A program made the translations under genes and the position numbers. A stretch of DNA of 64,000 bases from the human T2T-CHM13v2.0 reference genome, Homo sapiens: the NCBI RefSeq assembly GCF_009914755.1, contig NC_060945.1. One strand, 5' to 3'. Each line of letters begins with the position of its first letter. Position 1 is the stretch's first letter. Below are positions 53,316 to 64,000 of this stretch, piece after piece. The notes under the pieces are model-generated. The model was not told the origin of the DNA. It saw only the letters and a program-made list of their open reading frames with translations, and searched no databases.

Positions 53316-55274
53316 GATGCTGGTGTTGAGTGATTTGATTATGATGCACGTGGGCTGGTTTTGTTTCTTGTGCTTGGGGTTTGTTGAGTATTTTTGGATC
53401 TGTTGATATACCCTATCAGGTTGATATTATCTATATTTTTAGTTCTAGGTTGTTTTTAATCTATACTTATTTTCCTTTTTTTCTAAGACAGCAATAATGT
53501 TTAAAGTAGGGGAATCACAGTAACTTCCAAATCCATCACAAGGGTCTCAGTTTGTTTCTTGCTCTCTTTTCGTGAGTGCCTTTTTCCATGAGTGTTTTCA
53601 GTTAAGTCCTTGTGTGGAAATGCTTTTCGAACCTTGTATGTCTGATAATATTTTTATTAAATATTCATATTTAAATGATAATTTGGCTGGATATAAAATT
53701 CTAGGTTTAACACTTTTGTCTTCAAAACTATTGCTTTTTTGTGCCTGGTGTTACTACTGAGTATTGTCAGTCTGTTTCTTGATCTTTCAAGGTGATTTAC
53801 CTTTTTCTCTGGAAGCTTTTAGAATTGTTCTGTGTCTTTGATATCCATGAATTTCCTTTATCATATGTCTAGGTGTGAATTCTTCACCTTTCCTGAGTAG
53901 GAAAAGGTTTAACCTGGCCCTACAAGCCATTTAAATGTGAGATTTTTAAATGTTTTCAGACATTTGTTGGGGAAAATTGAAGCGTCTACAAAACTGGCCA
54001 TCATTGTATTATAGCTCCCCTGGACCCATAGTCGAGCTCCAGAAATTCTTGGCCATCCATGCCCTGCCTTGGATTAATCTATACTCTACCTGCTTCCTCC
54101 CTTCCCATATGGTTTCATAGCAAATCTCGGATATGTTATTTCATTTAGATGTCATAATATTCTCGATCTCTGTCATTTTGATGTCGTAATAGTCTTGGTT
54201 TCTGTATCTGAAAAGATTGTATTTCTAAAAGATAATGCCATTTTCACAAAGTAATTAACAATAAATACTTCCTTAATAGCAAATATTCAGCCAATGTTCA
54301 TATGGCTTTTGCTCGTATGGCTTCTAAGGAACAAGTTTATTTGGACCCAGGATTCAAATAAGAGCTACACATTGCAGTTGGTTGGTAAGTGTTTTCAGCC
54401 TCTATGAACCTTAGTTTGTAGGAGAAGCTGAGCTGTGTTTGTCTGATGGTTCCTCTTGGTGTCTCTGACATGCTTTTTAGGTCACTAGGTTTGATGAAAG
54501 TCAGGTTACAACGTTCAGCTGTTTACAAGACTGTCATGGGTGGCCCTGTGTTCCTCCACCAAGAGGCCTGTTGGGCCTGACTCTTGGCTGTTCACTGTGG
54601 TGCTTGAAAACCAGTGATTTTTCTCAGTTCTTAGATTGATTTCCTTTGGGCTGCAAAATGGTGAAATTTAGATTCTGACATTCCTTCTTCACTCAAAGGC
54701 CAGAATATTTCCGTAAAGAGAAACTTCTGTTATTTACAACTTGGTACAGGAAAGAAAGTCAAGATGAATATTTAATTCTTTCCATTTATTTACTAGTTTT
54801 CAGAACAATAGGTTGAGTCACTGGCCTCCTCCAATGGCAACCAATTGATTGCGTTTCCTCTTTTCCTTTTTCTTCTTTTCTTCTGTCAGTATCATATTTG
54901 ATGTTTCAGTCCATTTTAGTATTTATTCTTACCGATATTCAGATTGTCCCATTCTTCGCCATTGGGAATCTCTTCAAATTGGCTCGAGTTGTTTGACCAT
55001 TTCCTGGTTGGCTGTTAGGATAAGAAGTTCTAGGTTCATCCTGGGCATTTCTCCCCTGCTCCAGAATCTGCCATTTCTAAGGGTTTTTTTTAAGTGAGGA
55101 TGGTGTTTCAAGACCACAGTCTGGGCACTAGGATGCTGATTGCTATTGGGCTGATTGTTGTTTGTAGACATTTTCACTGTACAGAGGTAAGACAGACTTT
55201 TAAAAGACAGGATACCACATTTGTTTGTAGTGACATAATCTATTCAGATTCAGAACTGCAGGGTCTGTACTTCA

Positions 55275-55386
55275 TCTCTCTCTCTCCCTCCCTCCCTTCC
55301 CTCCATCCCTCCCTCTTTCTCTTTCGCTTTTTCTCTTCTCTTCTCTTCTCTTCTCTTCTCTTCTCTTCTCTTCTCTTCTCTTCTCT

Positions 55387-55453
<67 letters not shown>
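55275..55453. repeat. Polypyrimidine microsatellite (CCCT)n-(CTCTT)n-(CT)~31 forming an Alu tail
   Basis: ~180 bp almost pure C/T. Confidence 0.97.
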
Positions 55454-56373
<920 letters not shown>

Positions 56374-56640
56374 TACCTCTTTCATCTACATTTGTATCTC
56401 CTCTCCCTCATGAGTGTCCAAGCTCTAGCTATGGTAGAATCAGACTATTAAGTGCTTTTCATTTGCCATATCCCACAGGACTCACGAAGAATCTATATGA
56501 CAATGCCTTCACTGCTATCAACAATATGAGAGAGTTTAAAAGTTTTTGTTCAGTTATTTTTGTCCTTATTAGATATTTCTGGAAGTAGAGGTTGACCAGT
56601 CTAACTTCAGTGTTTTAAAGTCAGCTGCAATAGTTTAAAC

Positions 56641-56862
56641 CAGGGGTGTCCAATCTTTTGGCTACCTTGGGCCACGTTGGAAGAAGAATAATTATCCTGG
56701 GCCACACATAAAATACACTAACACTAACGATAGCTGATAAGCTAAAAAAAATTGCAAAAAAATCTCATAATGTTTTAAGAAATTTTACGAATTTGTATTA
56801 GGCTGCATTCAAAGCCCTCCTGAGCCATATGAGGCCCATGGGCCACGGGTTGAACAAGCGTG
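56641..56862 (+). mobile_element. MER30 non-autonomous hAT transposon
   Basis: caggggtgtccaatcttttggc...gggttgaacaagcgtg; perfect 8-bp TSD GTTTAAAC at 56633-56640 and 56863-56870. Confidence 0.92.
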
Positions 56863-57159
56863 GTTTAAACCAACAACTAGATACACATTTAGGCTCATTT
56901 GTTTCACTTTATTTTCAATTTTGGGGATTTCTCTTTTATTCAGTTTTGATTTATAACTAAGGAAATATTTACAAGATTCCAAAGTTAGATCTACAAACAA
57001 AGAAATATTTAAAGAAATCTAGGACCAACATGTGAGGATAGACAGAGAGAGCTTCTATTCCTTTTACCCCCACTGAAAACAAAAAAAACATGAAACTTAA
57101 TTTGTTACTTTATAAACAGTCTTGTAAAAAGTATTTTTACTGCTGTCCTTCCTGTGTAG

Positions 57160-57279
57160 ATGTCCACACTGAAGCCGTGCAAGCAGCTTTGGCCAAATAC
57201 AAAGAGAGGAAGATGCCTATGCCTTCGAAGAGACGTTCTGTCCTTGTGCATTCGTCTGTGGAAACCTACACCCCTCCAG
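57160..57279 (+). CDS. DIP2A: DIP2A coding exon 4 (DVHTEAVQAALAKYKERKMPMPSKRRSVLVHSSVETYTPP), 120 nt
   Basis: Acceptor cttcctgtgtag|AT, donor CCAG|gtattg. Confidence 0.97.
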
Positions 57280-58752
57280 GTATTGATAAACAATGTCAAG
57301 TGTGGCTTTTTTTGAGTGTTTCACAGGCCTGATGTTATCCTATTTACTTCCCATTGAGTTGGAATATCCGTCTGGCCTGTAGTATAGATTGGACGCATTT
57401 GGAGATTAAAAATGTTTGCATATGCTCATATTCCTTACCTGAAAATCTATGGTGTACATAGTATTCTTACCCAAATGGGTACTTGCTTTCTATAAGACTT
57501 TTTGTGTGGATCTTAATTTCTTTTACTAAGATGCTATTTATGTCTTTTAGTAAAGAGAAGAACCTAAAGCACTAAGAGGAGCCTAAAATAAGCACTAAGC
57601 TAAAGCTTCCTGAATTAGGAATTTTACAGTTATTGTCATCTTATTACCTATAACTTAACAGGTTGTAACCAGGACTTATATGCAACAGTATAAGACTATT
57701 TGGAAAGTTTTGCGGTTGATTTTGTTGTTGTTTTATTGTTGGTACCATTAGAAATGAAAACTTTTATATGAGGTTTCTCTCTAGCAATAATGTATTTTAG
57801 TCTTCCTGTTAAACTGCACAAGATGTCGATAGTGTCTAATGACTTCACATTCATGAACTTGCATTGTTGTCATATATTTAAAGTATCAAAAATAGTGACA
57901 CCCATTTTTGGTTTGAGGTATCTGGAGATACTACACAATAAAACCAAACACACCAGATTCGTAAGATGATTTAGTGGTTTTGGTAACACTTTCTTGCTTA
58001 AAAGAAGTTTATTGTTGAAAAAAATCTTAGAAATGGCTGTCAAATTATTGTTTTTGCTAAATATAGCTATAGACACTATCCAATTTTAAAATAATGTTTT
58101 AATAATTGTAAAACCCATAATGAAACACACAGTCATGCTGACTTGAAGAAACCTTAATGTACAGTTAATTTTGTTGTCTGAAGCAATTTTCTCGGAGAAG
58201 GAATTGTTTTTAGGGCTAGTTCACATGACTCCCCTGAAAGGATGCATGTAGACAGGGCTGCGGTTCTCCCATGGCCACCATGTTGTTGCTGGGGCCATGC
58301 ACAGGCCAGGATGCCTTCTCACTGCCTCCAAGATGTAGGGCCGGGCACAGGCTCTCCCCTGGGTGATGCTGACTGATGTGTGGATATGGTGTCCGACTCT
58401 GTGGACATGCAGTGCAGCACTGAATATTCACAGAACACCCCCACTGAGGTATATGCTGAAGCCGTTTAGGAGATCAGAGGCTGTCTTCACTGAGTGTGTC
58501 TGGTACCCTGTGGCTGAGTTCTCTCTGGGGAGCTGGGGGCTCATGGAATCATTTTCCCCACAGTAGGGCTTCTTGCATGCCCTTCTAGATTGAGGGTGAC
58601 CTTTGAGCTGACTGCGTGGCTTTGGGCAGAGCTGTGCCAGGTGTACAGAAGCATGCTGCACACAGGTCTGGGAGGCTCCAGTGTGAGTGGGAACTCCGTC
58701 CTCCTCTTGACTCATCCCGATATCATGCCTGTCATCGTTATTTTAACCACAG

Positions 58753-59004
58753 ACACGTCGTCTGCCTCAGAAGATGAGGGCTCTTTACGGCGACCCGGGC
58801 GACTCACCTCCACTCCGCTCCAGAGCCATTCCAGCGTCGAGCCCTGGCTCGACCGGGTCATTCAGGGCTCGTCCACCTCATCCTCTGCATCCTCCACCTC
58901 ATCTCACCCGGGAGGGAGACCCACCACTGCTCCCAGTGCTGCAGCCACGCCGGGGGCCGCCGCTACCACTGCACTCGCAGGCCTCGAGGCCCACACCCAC
59001 ATAG
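58753..59004 (+). CDS. DIP2A: DIP2A coding exon 5 (DTSSASEDEGSLRR...LEAHTHI), 252 nt; the gene continues beyond the window
   Basis: Acceptor taaccacag|AC, donor ATAG|gtcagt; TPPDTSSASEDEGSLRR motif typical of DIP2 proteins. Confidence 0.96.
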   Translation, partial: TRRLPQKMRALYGDPGDSPPLRSRAIPASSPGSTGSFRARPPHPLHPPPHLTREGDPPLLPVLQPRRGPPLPLHSQASRPTPT

Positions 59005-61579
59005 GTCAGTAATAAGCTGCTGCGGCCCCTGTGCCAGCAGAGCGGGGTCAGGAGTGTCCAGGACAGAGGAGCAGATGGAGGGCACCTGAGCCAGGCGCCA
59101 CCCTGCAGACTTAGCTGCAGGCCTGAGTGCTCTCCAAGTGACTGAGGTCACACAACCCAGATAACCCATACTGGCTTATCTGCCTGAGACATTAAATTGA
59201 TTTTGAGCTTTTAATAATTGCACTTGAAAGAAATGGGCTAATATTTGGTTAATTCATCATTCAGATTAAATCCCTAATAACCTTTTGAACAATACAGCTC
59301 AGTTGCAAATTTTTTCCCCCATCAAGACCTACGTATTTTTCATCTGGGAAATGTCCTTTTGGTAACAAAAGTAGTTGTTGATACTTCTTTAATTTGGCAG
59401 TCCTAGTCCTTTGGGGCATGGGGCATTTCTCATAGTCCCCCAGAAGGGTGTGGTGTTTCTCAGTGTCATAACACCTTCCTGCTCTTGAGGGGAAGCTGGT
59501 GCATGCAGTAGGTGCAGGGGTAGATGGTCAGCACACATCCATACCTGCTGGTGGCTGTGATCATCACCCTTGACCTGGCCGCCTCTCTGTTGTCTGTGCC
59601 TTTCCTCTTGGCTATGTGTTCACAGCTGCAGGCCCATTGGTTGTCTCTGTACCTGGCTGGAATTCTGAGGTTGGGGTAGAGGGCTTTCGCTCCTCCAGAT
59701 ACCAGGTTAGACAGCCTTTGGCCTGAAAAGGTGTCAGTCAGAGCTAATCATATGATGCATGGATCTTTCCCAAATCATGGAATCCTTTAAATTACATTCA
59801 TCTTAGAGATGAAAAAAGTGTAAACCTTTCATCCTTTGAAATTCTATTTTTTAACTAAAACAGCAGCATAGTTAGCTGTATGTAGCTGGCATGTGAAACC
59901 CACATACACTCTTGCACAAGTACCTTAAAATACAATCAGTATTGTTGAAGACTCATCTTAATCCCCTCCTTTTTTTCCCAGATGAGGAAGGAAGAAAAAA
60001 AAGTCCAGCGATTGTAACTTGCTTGAGATCAGACAGCAGCCTTAAGTGGTGAAGCCAGGGCTGATACCAGTTTTCTTGATTCCTATTCATTTTCTTTGCT
60101 TTTTGTTGCTTTTCTGCCAAAACTGAAAGGTGACACCTGTGACACGCTGGTGTTTGTGCTGGGGTCCCCATGGGTGCCGAGCTCTTTTTTGTAAGACCTC
60201 GGTCATTTGGCTGGACTGGGGGCAAGTTGGGTATGTTGGGTGGCCCACAGCTTCTGTCTCATCATCCTCTGTAGTGTGCATCACTGTTGCTCTTCATGTT
60301 TTTGTTTGTTTGAGTCAGCACATCTCTTGTGTTTCCATTGAACATGTGTCCTTCTTCTGAGGCGTCCGTCTCAGATGAAAGCTCACAGTGCCCTGCTCTG
60401 TCTCCACACTGCTTCCAGCTCATAAAGGAACTGCCAAGACTACAAGGGTAGCAGCAGGCAGCATTTTCCACAGAGAAAGTTTCTCTTAGGAAAACAGCCT
60501 GCTCAGATTGTTTCTGTAGCTTTCCTGGGTGTTCCATGGCCAGAGGCTGCTGCCCACCTTTCCTCAAGGTGGTGTACAGTCCATATCTTGAAAACAGCTT
60601 TTGCACTGTTGTTTGCCTTCTCTGTTCATCGTTGGTGATTTAACTTTGTAGAAATACATAGTTAACTCCAATTCTGAGGCAGGGGCAGGAAAACAGTAGT
60701 TTTAAATGTTCTGTTACCTCATTTCTTCTCCCAGAAGCTCCTTTCTAGGTGAGATGGTGCAGGAGAGCAAACAAAACATTTGTAGTTTGAGTTTATTAGC
60801 CATTGCTGAGTCATCTCAACACTGTTTCCGGGTGGGTTAGAAATAAAAGCTTATTCAGCATGAAAAATTAGCCACAGTTCAGAATGTTTAACCGTACAGC
60901 CCTCAACTTTCCAGTGATTGTGGGGTGTCTTTAAGCAAAGCATTGAACTCTAATGTGTGTTTGAATTAGATGTTTTCATTCTCTGAAAAGGACTTGGCTG
61001 CAATTATTTATAATGTAGGTTTATTACCTATGTTGGTGGAAGACAGCTCCTGACTCCTGCAGATGCAGCTGTAATCATCTCTTCCTTTCTTGTTAGTCCT
61101 AGCATCAACATTTTGTGATCAATTCTAATACATTTAAAAAAAATTCTTAACTTGGACTTGATTTAATACTTTGCTTACAGGATTGCAATTTTCTACAGAT
61201 TGTAGCTACCCACATCCTAAATGTTGGACATAGTTAATTTGAATTTCTAAATCTCAAAAATACTCAACTTCCCTCTTATGACAGAAATCATCCTTTGTTT
61301 TAGTTTCTAACACTAGATGTGTCTTCAATTTAAACTAAGGAAAGAAACATGAAAAGAGGAAGAATATATTAAGTAAAAAATTCGAGGTAGAACATATCAG
61401 GTAAAGATAATTTTTAAAAATATATCACTTTCAGTTTTGGATTAAGGAAATCAAATACATTAAGCCTTTTTTATACAAATGTAAATACCTATTTTTAAAA
61501 GCAGTACTTTTAATTATAGTAGCTTCTTTTAATTATAGTAGCTTATTTTTATTTTGAATGTAGTTTATGTTTATTTTTA

Positions 61580-61893
61580 TGCAGCTTTTTTTTTTATTTT
61601 TCCACCTAGAGACAGGGTCTTGCTCTGTCACCCACGCTGGAGTACAGTGGCATGATCATAGGTCACTGCAGCCTTGAACTCCTGGGCTTAAGAAATTCTC
61701 CCACCTTAGCCTCCTGAGCAGCTGGGACTATAGGCAAATGCCAGCATGCCTAGCTAATTTTTAAAAATTTTTTGGAAAGATGGAGTTTTTACTGTGTTGC
61801 CCAGACTGGTCTTGAACTCCTGGGCTCAAGTGATCCTCATGCCTTGGCCTTTCAAAATGTTAGGATTATAGGAATGAGCCACTGCTCCCAGCC
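61580..61893 (-). mobile_element. AluJ-like element
   Basis: Diverged antisense dimer. Confidence 0.88.
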
Positions 61894-62304
61894 ATTATAT
61901 AGCTGTTTTAAAAAACTACTTGTAGTACATGTATGTATACCATGTATACCTTTTTTTCCATATATACTTTTAAAATCATTTATTCTTTTTGCTAGATTTG
62001 GAAGAGTGGGGAAATTTCTTTTTAAACTAAAAGAACCTCCTGATAGACATACTTTAAAATGCTAATTTGATCAGCATCAGGCTTTTTCAAGGGTTGTGAA
62101 AAATCTTAACGGTTTAGATTTTTTCAAAAGGTATATTCTGCTATGCAGACAGTGAGTTTGTGCTTTCATATACTTCAGCTTTCTACAAACCTAGTAAAAA
62201 GTTACTGCTTTACATTGTACCTAGGAGTACCACAGTGATACTAACAGGTACCTTCATTAAAATATTAAACATTACCAGTTGTCTCTACCTAACATAGACT
62301 AGTG

Positions 62305-63067
<763 letters not shown>

Positions 63068-63209
63068 TGAACAGATAGATGGACTGTACCATGGAAATAA
63101 AACACAAAAATGTACATTCAGACAATGGAAGGAGTGACTTTTACATATGTTCCAGATCTAATGTCTGTTTTTAAATGTTACACCAATTCTACTTTAAGAA
63201 CTTGATTGT

Positions 63210-63547
<338 letters not shown>

Positions 63548-63736
63548 TTAACTGGCAGTGGGGGAAGTTTTAATTTCTGTAGTTTTATTCTTTTAGGACT
63601 GCAAAGGTTTGGTGTCCAACATACTTTTTTGGGGGTTGTAGTAGTTTGTATGATCCTGGCTGTTTTTTTCATAATGTAACAAAAAAATGTACCAGTGACA
63701 ATTGATTTCAAATTTGTTTCTGCTTCCTTGAGGGAA

Positions 63737-64000
63737 TTTCTTCCTTCCTTCCTTCCTTCCTTCCTTCCTTCCTTCCTTCCTTCCTTCCTTCCTTTCTTTC
63801 TTTCTTTCTTTCCTTTCTTTCTTTCTTTTTCTTTCTTTCTTTTTCTTTCTTTCTTTCTTTTCTTTCTTTCTTCTTTCTCTTTCCTTCCTTCCTTCCTTCT
63901 TTCTTTCTTTTTTCTTTTTGAGAGAGAGTGTCGCTCTGTTGCCCAAGTTAGAGTGCAGTGGTGCAATCTCAGCTCACTGCAACCTCCGCCTCCTGGGTTC
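63737..64000 (-). repeat. (CTTC)n/(CTTT)n microsatellite (63737-63919) as the tail of an antisense Alu cut by the window edge
   Basis: Pure pyrimidine tetranucleotide repeats followed by gagagagtgtcgctctgttgccc. Confidence 0.95.

Overview
Primate genomic DNA, almost certainly human chr21q22.3 (identified by recalled protein sequences, not a database search); no prokaryotic or CRISPR content. The + strand carries the last six coding exons and 3' UTR of PCNT (pericentrin; PACT domain, C-terminus ...DSTSKKSCHPMIKQ*, stop at 5451-5453). A ~13 kb intergenic block follows, built from a decayed class III (ERVL-type) provirus with nested MER21-, MER11-, MST- and MLT1-type LTRs and Alus. Then come the DIP2A CpG-island promoter and DIP2A coding exons 1-5 (ATG at 19257), separated by repeat-rich introns. 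All exon boundaries were read from GT/AG sites and checked for frame continuity. Repeat subfamily names come from recalled consensus sequences, and their boundaries are approximate unless a TSD is quoted. Most ORFs in the track are Alu, microsatellite or chance artefacts. I found no clearly new biological system. The best leads are regulatory: a start-stop uORF in the DIP2A leader, a candidate intronic terminal exon, frame-symmetric exons able to form a stop-free circRNA, a C-rich minisatellite after exon 1, poly(A) hexamers straddling the PCNT stop, and several datable nested insertions and duplications.
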